64,000 nt of DNA. It comes from Sphyrna mokarran. Lineage: Eukaryota. Shown one piece after another: positions 53,271 to 64,000 of the stretch. The stretch lies in assembly GCA_024679065.1 (NCBI GenBank), contig JAGIQG010000032.1, positions 13,888,001-13,952,000 of the forward strand, written 5' to 3'. The position numbers and the translations under genes were made by a program. The notes beneath the pieces were generated by a model. It was given only the letters and a program-made list of their open reading frames with translations, ran no database searches and was not told the origin of the DNA. Each line of letters opens with the position of its first letter. Position 1 is the stretch's first letter.

Positions 53271-54759
53271 TTAAATAATTGGGTTGCGGCTGTACGTACT
53301 CAGTGATGATTTGTCTAAGGAGCTGATTTTAATGAAAGAAGGTTAAAGATTTATAAACTAGCTTTTTCAAAGTTTAACATCTGTAAAATTTTAGAGAAAT
53401 ATAACAGCTCTTTTTTAGTCAAATTTGAGTATTGTCAGGATGCTGCTAAAATCATTTGCTTGCTGTGCAATTGTCACAAGACCATTTTCAAATGATATAC
53501 ACCCAAAACAGTTTAAAAGTCTCCATCACTATTCCCCATGAAAATATGCTGAGAATAATATGTGCACTATAACAATAAAGCATGTGCTTTTATAATCAGT
53601 ATCACAAAGGGTGAGGGACAGGAAAAGTGGAGAACAGTCTAGATTTAGCAGCAGCATGGTCTTTAAGAGTGCTCTGAACAGGAGCACTAAAAGACAATGC
53701 AGATCTGAGTGGAGTTTACAGATTTAAAAAAACACTAAAACACTGTGCTCAGGTCACAAATAGCCACAATAACTTGCATTAATCTTTGAGGAAGTAAGTC
53801 CGAAGGATCTTGACAAAAAGGGACAGAGTAATGGCACTGAGCATAAATTAAGAGAAGAGTTGCAGAGGCAATCAAAGCCGTAGGTCTTGAGAAGAGTGGC
53901 AAATCGAAGAATGTAGTTCTTGACTGATTGGCCTTGGGGTGGTTCCAGAGTGCAGACTCATGGCACAGGGAGGGGATCGCAGCTACAATGCAGATCGGAG
54001 TTAGGATAGGTGGTATGAACTGGGATACATTTGTGCAGCAGGTTGCATAGGTAAAGTGGGGTGAGGTAAGGGTGATCACTCCCCTAGTGACTTGTTGACA
54101 GTTTTCACCTTGTCTCAATGACCAAAAACCACAATAAAGGCCACAAACAATAGTTCCAAATTCAGATAAGTTTGACCTGGGAAAAGATGGATACATGCAA
54201 TTACTGGCACACCTGCAGTGGTTAGGGCAGTAATGGAGCTCTTAGAAAAACTGTTAAGTGGCAAGTCTAACACTTAAATAAGGTTGGAGTGGCACTTTTG
54301 TGTGCTTCTCCTTAGAAAACAAATTCTCACAAGAAAATAAACCTCTTAAGCCTCTGCAATTGTACTTGGATGTTTATCCAGTTAGTTTATACTTGGGTTA
54401 TGAAATGTAACCAGTCTGATTGATAACTCAGGCTTTCTGTAGTCATGTGGCTGTGTCATGAGGCTGCCTCTGGAGGCAACAACTTAAACGCAGTTCAATG
54501 AAGACATCTCACTGACTACATACTGAAGACTGCTGTCCTTTATACTTGAAGTAGCATGCAACGAGTTGGGAATATTGGGATATATGGACTGCAGTCAAAT
54601 GCATATTTAAAGAACTGGAACATATTATTTGCTTTGTGTTAAACTTGCTTTTATATGTAAAAGGGATTTGTACTAGAATGATCAAGATACGTGCATTTGT
54701 TATTCAGAATGGACAATGTACAGTATTTAAAATGAAGCACCAGGAAGTTCACTTCTCCT

Positions 54760-55185
54760 TAGATAAATTAAGGTTAAAAAAATCAGAGCAAATTTCAACC
54801 ACCCTCATATACAAAGAAGAGACTTAATAATAGTGTTTAAAATGATGAAGGGTTTTGATAAAGAAAGAAAGGGAAAAATTGTTTCCTTTGGTAAGAGGGT
54901 CAGAAACCGGAGAAAGCTGATTTTGGATAACTGGCAAAATATCCAGCCAGGAGATCAGCAGAATCTATTTTCCCTTGCACAGTGAATTTTATAACCTAGA
55001 ATGCACTGAATGAAAGAACGATGAAAATAGATTCAATAATAATTTTCAAAAGAGAATTAGATAAAAATTACTAAAAAAGGAAAAATCAATGTAGGCTACT
55101 GAGAAAGAGAATGGGAGTGGGATTAATTGAGCAGCTCCTTCCAAGAGTCAGCACAGACATGGTTGACTGAATGGCCTCCTTCATG
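54760..55185 (+). mobile_element. CR1-like LINE 3' end, old; another at ~63000-63430
   Basis: aatgatgaagggttttgata (M.GFD) ... gaatggcctccttc tail. Confidence 0.65.
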
Positions 55186-55209
55186 TACTTTTTAAATTAT
55201 TCTTTAGTG

Positions 55210-55595
55210 GTCGTGAGCTATCTCTTGAATCATCGTAATCCATGTGTTGTTGATAGAGCCACTCTGGGTCTTTCTGTAATCGACTGATATGACTGAGTGG
55301 CCACTTCAGAAGACAGTTAAGAGTCAACCACATTGCTGTGAATCTGGAGTCATTTGTAGGTCTGATAGGTATGGGTGACAGATTTCCTCCCTAAAAGGAC
55401 ATTAATAAATCAAATGAGTGTTCATGACAATCCAGTATTATCATTATGATTATTAATCTCATTAATAAGAAGAGCATTTTAATTTCAGATTTATAATTTG
55501 AATTTAAATTCCGCCAGCTGCTGTAGTAGATCTGAACTCATGGATACAGAGCATTAGTCCAGGCCTCTGGTTTCTAGCCCAGTAACATTACCACC
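55210..55595 (-). mobile_element. tRNA-headed SINE of another shark family
   Basis: Minus-strand head gtggtaatgttactgggctagaaaccagaggcc...gagttcagatc; body gactccagattcacagcaatgtggttgactcttaactg. Confidence 0.6.
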
Positions 55596-55894
55596 TGCTC
55601 TCATCTTCTTTAATATTCAATATAAATGTACCCTGCACACTTTAGAAACAGGTCAGTGATGCAGTCAAAGACAAACCTTTAGCAATAGCTCAGTGCAGCA
55701 AAGTGCACTTAACCAGAACCAACAATTAAATTATTAGATGAGAGGTTTCCACCAAAGTATTAGCCATTAATTCAAAACAGTTATTCATTTTTCCTGTTGC
55801 AAATCATCTTAAATTTGTTAACCAAGAGCAAACATAGCTTTCACTAGCAGCTCTGCACAACATAACCGCGGAACACATTATTTTTGTTGAAGAT

Positions 55895-56150
55895 GGTCAG
55901 CCTGGCTCAGATAGTAGGACTTTTACTTCTTAGTCATGTGTAAATCCCATCCCAGCACTTAGGACTTAAACTAGGCTGTTACGTAATGCAGCACAGAGGA
56001 ACTACTGGACTGTGAGAGATGCTGTCCTCCCAGTGAAAGATTAAAACAAGGCCACGTATTATTCAGATGCTGGCTAAACGCCCAGGGCACTATTTGATGA
56101 AAAACAAATAGTTTTCTTGTTGTCCTAGCCAACAATTCTCTAATGATAAT
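55895..56150 (+). mobile_element. Ancient DeuSINE-like (SacSINE1/AmnSINE1-type) SINE 5' part
   Basis: cagcctggctcagatagtag head; gcagcacagagg..., gatgctgtcct..., gcactattt...gttgtcctagccaac body. Confidence 0.5.
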
Positions 56151-56963
56151 AGCCTTCAAATAACCAACATATTTATTAATCAATATACATCATATTATGA
56201 ATCCTTTAATGTGGATGTCAATACATATCAATTATGAGGATTGCCTTGGTTATTGATGTTTTTGTAACTTTGTCAGCCCAAAGATAAGTAGGAAAGGTTG
56301 GAGATAGATTACGCTTGTGAGGGTAGAGTAAAATAATATTTGCAAGTGTTTTTACAACTGTATTATCATCTGAAGGTTCAGATGGCAATTTACAAACTGC
56401 ACAAACTTTAATCATTCACCATAACATCAGAACTTTTGGTAAAATTACGGACTTGCAATTACCCGAATTAGCTTTTCTCTATCGAGAACAAATGATACAA
56501 AGTGATCTTCTGTAACAAGAGAAATATTTGAACACTAATTAGAAGTAGAAAAGGGGTGAGTTTCGATCCACACCTGAAAGTGCACATGAATTATCAATAG
56601 AATGTTAAATAGTGGTACCACAAGCATGAAGACCAAGGGTGTGGGAATAATTCTGCATAATAGAATACCTGAACAGTTCTGGTCTGCATAATGCTTACAA
56701 ATCAACAGTGATTTATTAGAATGAAAAAGGAAAGCAACAAAAAACCCTCCAGTTAGATTACTATAGCATAGCAATTAATGGAAGAATTGAAATTAGATCA
56801 TGTACAATGGTGTGTGAAGTAGTGATTTATCAAATGACCTGCTTCAGGAATGTGGAATCTGAATCCAAGAAAATGACACTCTTTAATGCAACATCAAACC
56901 ACAGAAAAAATGATTAGTTAAGTAAAACCCCGGTCCTTAGAAATGCACTTGGTCGGACCTAAT

Positions 56964-56978
56964 CCAGCAGATGGCAGC
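56964..56978 (+). promoter_or_regulatory. CTCF core motif overlapping two E-boxes
   Basis: CCAGCAGATGGCAGC fits the CCASYAGRKGGCRS consensus; the site includes CAGATG and overlaps CAGCTG (56974-56979). Confidence 0.55.
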
Positions 56979-57759
56979 TGCTAGTCTTTAGCATCAACTG
57001 GCTTAAAACTCACAATTTCACAAATGCATGTTGTAGCGATAGGCGATGCGGAAACTGGAAAGGTCACATAATAATACCATGCTGGGATTGAAGTGGCGGT
57101 TTATAAACTGCGCAAATTTTGCTCTTGACCATTCGTAATGGCAACAAAACCCCTTAGTGAGGTGAGGTTACTGCCTTGAAGTCATTCTCTGGTGCTGGCT
57201 GCTCTCTATTTAAAATATACAGCTTGTGAAAGATTAATTTGTGTTCCAAAATCATTGGTAGACCCTTAATTAATGTCAAAAGAGGATGATTTAGGGGTGA
57301 TTTTTCATAATCCATGAAGTGGTGAATTGTAAATCAGGTAGATATTACTGAGTGGCAATTGATACTCCTTTGTTTCAGCTAAATTTTGTTATTTTTTATT
57401 TTTAGTATGAAACATATTCACTGTTATAGAAAAAACAGGGTTTCTATATTGAGATTTGAAGCTTATCATTCTTTACATGCATGCTTAACCTGAACATTGG
57501 GTGTAAAAATACAAAGCATGCATTCCTCAGCACAATCATCTAATGATGGAACAAAATATATTCTCTTCAAAGTAGAGACCAAAAGATGATTAAATTTGAA
57601 TAGTCCTTAAAGGCATACAAATTTCATGTCAAACAACACAAGGGAGATTTAAAGAGAAGAGTGACACTTTGGAGAAGGATCAAATTTCAGAGAATATTAG
57701 ATGGGTTCAGTTAATTAGCAGAAATTTGACAGGAAAACAGGTTAAGATATCTATGAGTA

Positions 57760-58125
57760 GTATGGTGGCAACATGTCAGCACTGCTGCCTCAGTGCCAAG
57801 GACCCAAGTTTGATTCCCAGATTGGGTCACTGTCTGTGCAGAGCCTGCATGTTCTCCTTGTGTCTGCCTGAGATTTGAGGCTTATCACTCTTTACATGCA
57901 GACTCAATCTGAACATTGAGTGTAAAAATACAAAAGCATGCATTCCTCCAGGTGCCTCAGTTTCCTCCTACAGTTTGGTTAAAGACATACTGGGTAACCG
58001 CAGTGACCATGCTAAATTCTCCCTCAATGTACTCGACCAGATGCTGGAGTGTGGCGAACAGGGGATTTTCAAAGTAACTTCATTGCAGTGTTAATGTAAA
58101 GCTACTTGTGACACTAATAAATAAA
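57760..58125 (+). mobile_element. tRNA-derived SINE with type-B tail, carrying an 80-bp foreign insert
   Basis: Head cactgctgcctcagtgccaaggacccaagtttgattccc; tail ggggattttcaaagtaacttcattgcagtgttaatgtaaagctacttgtgacactaataaataaa. Confidence 0.85.
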
Positions 58126-60029
58126 ATCTAAATGAATTTAGATCTCTGTAATTTGATCTCTTTACTGCAGTATCTACATTTTAAATATTTTAGAAAGAGC
58201 GTCACTGATAAGTGACACTCATGTTTTACGCTTCTAAATTTTAAATTTTTTTGGGGGTACAAAATGTATTCACTGTTTAGTTTGAGGATAACAAAAATGA
58301 ACTTTTTTCTTTAAATAACCTCATGCACCATCGTGAGAACTTAAATCAACTTGTTTTACCATGCTGACAGCAATTTAAGGACCATGTAATTATACTTTGT
58401 GTCTTTGAAGAGGCACAAGTGAAGCAAATCTACATCCAAAAAGCCCTATTACCAATTTGCATCCAAAAAAATAACATGTTTGAAGGATAGAGTTCAGTTA
58501 AAATGGCAAATAAAAAGGAGCTTTGCAAAGGCTGAGATAATAGACCTATGATTCAACACATAGAGCAAGTATTCTGTATCAAAAAAGTGGGTGAATATTT
58601 TTTCTTACCAGATGACATTTTACTATTAATTTTCTCTGATGCCACTTTCCCCCTGATTATTCAATGTTCCTCCAAAAGATGCAATGATTTCTGTCTGAAG
58701 CACTTAGCATGAGAACGATATTCCATGTTCCCATATTAAGTGTCTTAAAACATTTGTTTATTATGCCAATTCAAAATTGGCAATGTCACTGAATACCCAG
58801 CCAAAGGAAATAGCTGTTTACAATCAAATCCCTTTAGAATTTTTTAAATCTCTTAAAAAAAATCTGTATTAAGTCTTTTTTTTGCCTCTTCTTCAGTAAC
58901 GCATTTCAGAACAAGTCTTCCCTCGTAACTTTAGTTTATTTGTGTTGGAATTATCTTGGTGATCCTACTCTATGCACTTACTATTATTTTGATCTCTACA
59001 GGTGCAACTCAGAATTTCTTTCAGAGGGACAGATAGAGTACTGGTTGAACTTGAACTGAGTGTTTGGGCTTTCTTACTGGCAATTTCACTTGCAGTCAAT
59101 CCCGTTAAGAAAGCAGCAGTTTTACCACAAAGTGTTATACTCTAATCGGGATTGCGCTTCCATCAAAATTCCTGTTCACATCTTCGTATTGGGACCCAAT
59201 AAATTAAATCACAAAGCAATCAAAACACAAGTGGAAAAAGGTGGCATAATTATTCCATGTTTTCCACGTAACTGATCAAAATCTCAACAATGTTGCTGTG
59301 GCTTAGAGTGAATTTGCAGTGCAGATCAATTAAGTTTAGATGTTAAGAAAAATAAATAATTTAAAGGACAGCTTAGACTAATATGATAATCAAAAATTGT
59401 GCTTGGCTTAAAAATTTACTGAGTAGGTCTGGCATATTGAAATTCCACAACATAAAAAACCCTCCTCATTCCATTCCAAAGGCATGTTTATTCTCAGATA
59501 GATATACAATGTGACCAACAATATTTGTCTGATATACCCATGAGCTTTCTTAAAAAAAAAGTGACAAACAGCACATTTTCTTCAATGAAACTGACTCGGT
59601 CCCAAGAACTATATCTACCAAAGTGACTAGAAGGTTTAAATGGCATTTGCTCTTGAAAAGGAATTCCTAATTAAAATTAGGAAAAGTATTCTGAAATGGA
59701 AACATTTTTCACTGCTACAGTCTTGTAGCTGAATTAAGTACAGATTTCAGAACACTGACTTCACATTTACCTAAAATGTTTCTTTCTCAGCAAATGTAAC
59801 TTTGAGTCCAAGTGCTTATGCAATTTCCCAAATTGCACAATTCATTTTCTCATACACTCCATAGATCATGGTGACAGGTTACATGCAAATGGCATTATAA
59901 ATCATGACTATCAAGCTTCAACAGTTACTAATATTATCAGGATGTGGAAATGTTGTGTCCTTGCGACATAATCCAATCCATGTGGCTCTGCACAATGCAC
60001 ACGGATTTCATGATGCCAATGTATTCCAA

Positions 60030-60315
60030 TTGTATTCCAATTCCTAGACATACACTCTTCCACCTTCTTCCGTCAGAAAAAAGATACAAAAGTCTGGGGT
60101 CAAGTACCAATCGACTCAAGGACAGCTTCTTCCCTGCAGCTATCAGACTTTTGAATGACCTCTCTCATATTATGTTGATCCATCTCTACACTTGACCTAA
60201 GACTGTAATAGTACCCTCTCCTTTCCTTTTCTATTAACGGTTACTTTGTCTGTATAGCACAAGAAACAATGCTTTTCACTGTATACTAATACAGGTGACA
60301 ATAATAAAGCAAATC
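60030..60315 (+). mobile_element. Rex1/Babar-like LINE 3' end
   Basis: ORF 59944-60195 HTLFHLLPSEKRYKSL...RLKDSFFPAAIRLLN. Confidence 0.85.
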
Positions 60316-62179
60316 GAATTCCAGGAAAAATGTTATGATTTCAGCTGACGCAAATAGTTTTTATTTTATAAGGCAATCGAGTCTACCTAACATTCTTAAA
60401 ATAATATAAATCTTGCTCACCCATCACATCCAAAACATTATATTTGAAAAACAGCATCGAAAAATTTGATTAAAATAGCTATGAAAACAGGCCAACATTT
60501 TCAGAAAAAGTACCAGTCAGAAGAAGCAATCAACAAAATCCAAGAAACATTTGAAAACTCTTGATAAAGACAGTGCTCAAAATAAAGTTTCAACATAATA
60601 AAGACAAAATACACAGCAGCATTAGTAAACTTAAATTCTTTTAATATTTTCTTTTGGAGGCTTGTGCCTCCTCTCTCTGAGTAGCCTAAGGCTACAGTCC
60701 ATTAAACTTCTCACTGATCCAATTCTTAGCTGAATATCGTCAACAAGCTAGCAAACCACAACTTTCAGCAAGGCTTTATGCTTACAATGTCAAGGATATT
60801 TAGACAATTGACAGCAAGGTAGGTCATTTACATTCACTACTACGGGATCTGCTGTTTCTAAAGTTTTCGCATTTCCTCTGTTCCATTTGTACATTAAGAA
60901 AATGTTGGAGTAAAATCAATAGGTAAGCCATTATTAGAAGCAATCAAAATAACTGGAAATTTACAGATAGAAGCAGATTCCAGAATACCCAAGCACAACA
61001 CTATGGGCCATCCACTACTACTTGTAGCTGCAAGATTGCTAAGGCAAGGGAAATGATTCCTTGCATGCTCAGGCTAAAAATATTTCATTGCGATTTCAGT
61101 ACCATGGACAGGTACTAAGCTGTTGTTTCACCACGGAGTTGATATCCAGGCTTGAAATCAGTGGTCGTAGCCTGTTAACATTGACAGGAATGCTAGCAAC
61201 TGCCTTCTGCTGACTTCCACAGCTGCTAAACAATGCATTGGGGAGGTACTCTATTTGATATCTGCACCATTTTAGATGCATTTCAATCACTTGAGATACA
61301 TAGGAGCATAGGATTGAGATGCAAGAGTAGTCTGGGGAGAAGCTAAGGAATAAGTCCCAGCAATCCAATCCCAGAAACCATTTGAGGGGAACTATCCTAA
61401 ATCTACAAAGAATGCTGAGAGATCTGAGCACATGGGCAACATTGGAAAGGATCCACAGGTCTAGCCATCAGTTTGATTGTTTGTTACACATTACATCTGT
61501 GTCATGGAAAAAGGCCAGATGAAATTCCACTTCTGTCTTCATTAAGATACAGAGAATACTAGAAGGTCAAAGGCAGCAGATACCACCACTTGTAAGTTCC
61601 CTCCCAAGCAACTCAAGGAAATATCTTGCCATTCCTTCACAGTCAAAATTCTGGAAGTCCCTCCCTAACGGCATTTTGGGTCAACCCATAGCACGTGAAC
61701 TGCAGCGATTAAGAAGGCAGCTCACTACTACTTCTCAAGGGCAACTAAGTATGGGCAATAAATGCTGGTCAGTCAGTGATGCCCATGTCTCACGAATGTA
61801 AGAGTTTATTCCCATCTACTTTCAAGAAAACCATAAGTACATCCCAATTTGAAGCAGGATTTATTTTTCCTATATATTTTCTTGTGCTGGGATAGCAACG
61901 AGGTGGCCAGTGATTGATCCAACTCCAGTGAAGGTAGACAATACAACTCCTTTAAAAATGACTAACTACAACCCAGTGACAGATCCTCATGAGTGTTATC
62001 ATTTATCTGAGAGGCATGAGTGAAGTTGAAGAATTAAAAAGTTACTGGAAGTAAAGAAATAGATCCCCTCACAATACAAAATGCTGTCGTTAATGTTCCC
62101 AGGGTGTTATACAATGATAGAATGTGGGTTCTATGTTGGGAAATCTGAAAGAAATGAGACAAATCTCTCAGTCCCTCGT

Positions 62180-62304
62180 GCAGCATCCAGTGGAAATCCA
62201 TGCCGACATGGGGAGAACCAGCAAACTTCACACAGTCACCCCAGGCTGGAATCAAGCCTCCATCCCTGGCATTATGAGGCAGCAGTACTAACCACTGTGC
62301 CATC
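62180..62304 (-). mobile_element. HE1-like SINE head fragment
   Basis: gaggcagcagtactaaccactgtgcca is the reverse complement of the A-box head. Confidence 0.75.
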
Positions 62305-62525
62305 TTGCCAAGAATGTGGCAGAGGAATTGCTGATGGAATTTCTCTAACATTCTTCTTACGTGTCACTAATGTACAGTCCAGTTCTCACTGCAGTACAGA
62401 ATGTGGTGGCAATAATTGTTCTGTATACTAGGGTGTTTGGGGAGATCTCTTGTCAAATACTTATTGCCATAATTCGTAGAAGCTGATCTAGCGCAGCTGG
62501 TTGAGTGTTGGATCTCCTTGTCAAT
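62305..62525 (-). mobile_element. RTE-clade LINE ORF C-terminal fragment
   Basis: Minus strand IDKEIQH ... LVYRTII ... YCSENWTV ... LEKFHQQFLCHILG, matching the RTE pattern (LLYGSETW...LE.FH.RCLR.IL). Confidence 0.7.
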
Positions 62526-64000
62526 CGGAACATGAAAACTATTTCAAGCCTGGATATCAACTCCATGGTGAAACAACAGCTTAGTACCTGTCCATGGTAC
62601 TGAAAACGCAATGAAATATTTCTAGCCTGAGCATGCAAGGAATCACTTCCCTTTGCCTTAGCAATCTTGCAGCTACAAGTAGTAGTGGATGGCCCATAGT
62701 GTTGTGCTTGGGTATTCTGGAATCTAAAGTACACTCTATCAGCTTAAGGCTACTACTCAAATACTACTTGCAGGAATGTAAGTAATTGTGTTTGCTTTTA
62801 TATACCACAGGGCAGTAAATTACATGCTAATTTCAAGCTCCAGAATAAACTATATGGTCATGGTTCTCTCATGTCATTTTGCATCAGTAATAAAGTGCAA
62901 CGTCTGAAAGGCTACAAATGTGCTCTTGAAGCAAGGTATTTTATGAGTTCCTCTTAAAAATAGAAATTACTAATCAGATTCATGGCTGAAATACAAGCTT
63001 ATAATAAAGATCTTTAAGATAATGACAGGGTTTGACAGAGTAGCAGCAGAAAATACTGACACTTGTAAACAAGTCCAAAATTAGACATTATCAAAACAGT
63101 CACTAATAAATCCAATAAAAAATTCAGAAGCGCATTTACGAAGAGTGGTTAGAATACACCCAACAAGGAGTTGTTGAGACAAAGAACACAATTGTTTTTG
63201 TTCATTTGTTTCTGGGACGTGAATGTCACTGGCTCAACCCACATTTATTGCCCATCCCTAAGTGCTCTTGAGAAGGGGAAATTTGATAAGTACATGAGAC
63301 ATTAGAGAATAGGAGACTATATTGTTAGCGTTAGATCAAGGAAGAGTTGAAGGAGGCTCAAGAGGAGCATAAATGTTGATATAGACCAGTTAGACTCACT
63401 TCTGGATCTATGCTGTAGACTCAATGCAACTTGTCTGCAAAACTAAAACAATTTACTGTGGAAACAACAATCTTTAAGTGCAGCAGATGTACTACTCATT
63501 TGAGATATAAATATCAGAGCATAATGGAAGTCTTTTGTGCCATTTCGTTCTAGATTAGGTACGTTTCCAACCAGTTTGTTGCTACAAAAGCAGAAGTTTG
63601 GTATTCCCTGCTGAGTAACTCACTCATTAACTCCCCAAAGTGTTTCTACATACACAAAGCACAAGTCAGGAGTCTGATGGAATACTTTCAACCTAGATGA
63701 GTGCAGCTCCAACAGCACAAGAAGCTTGAGTACAATCCAAGACTAAGCAGTTTGCATAATTAGCATCCTAACCACCGCACTGAATATTCACTTTCTCCGA
63801 CTTAAGCACACAGCATATTATTATCTATATGATGCACTGCAGCAATCTGCCAAAGCTTCTTTCTCAAACAGTACTTCCCAAACCTGTGACCTCTAACATC
63901 TGGGGGGGATGAGTGCAGTAAACACAAGAGAACATCATCACTTGGAAGTTCTCCTCCAAATCACACAACATCCTGTCACTGGGTCAAAATCCTGGAACTT

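Larger units (their letters stand above)
60975..62725. repeat. Long inverted repeat: arms 60975-61158 and 62541-62725, spacer 1382 bp
   Basis: Manual alignment gives 4 substitutions plus 1 indel over 185 bp. Confidence 0.95.

Noticed and set aside
60975-62725. Autonomous DNA transposon with long TIRs
   Set aside because: No TSD, no transposase, and the interior consists of unrelated retroelement fragments
818-62734. ORF-track ORFs as host genes
   Set aside because: All are short. The recognisable ones are frameshifted CR1, Rex1, RTE, Gypsy or SINE fragments, and the rest lack homology or splice context.
47914-64000. Preceding KCNMA1 exon (...WAGVMISAQTLTGRVL)
   Set aside because: Not found; probably lies right of the window

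Overview
AT-rich, CpG-depleted vertebrate DNA. The repeat content (HE1-like tRNA-derived SINEs, CR1/HER1-like, Rex1/Babar, RTE and L2 LINE fragments, Penelope-derived palindromes) points to a cartilaginous fish, most likely a shark. The only host coding sequence I can support is one 62-bp minus-strand exon (47852-47913). It translates to [20 protein letters not shown](D/E), the S1 segment of the BK channel KCNMA1/Slo1 (equivalent to human exon 3). The rest of the window is therefore intronic: more than 16 kb upstream and more than 47 kb downstream in transcript orientation. The ORF track contains only transposon debris or chance ORFs. The most notable non-coding signals are: (i) three families of Penelope-type inverted repeats carrying decayed minimal type I hammerhead ribozyme motifs; (ii) a ~185-bp, ~97% identical inverted duplication around a 1.4-kb spacer; (iii) an 80-bp locally templated insertion inside a SINE; (iv) a very young 92-bp CR1 tail with a target-site duplication (TSD); and (v) several CpG-retaining palindromes plus a CTCF-like site in unique sequence. 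I see no evidence of a wholly new gene system. Repeat boundaries and family names were read by eye and are approximate.
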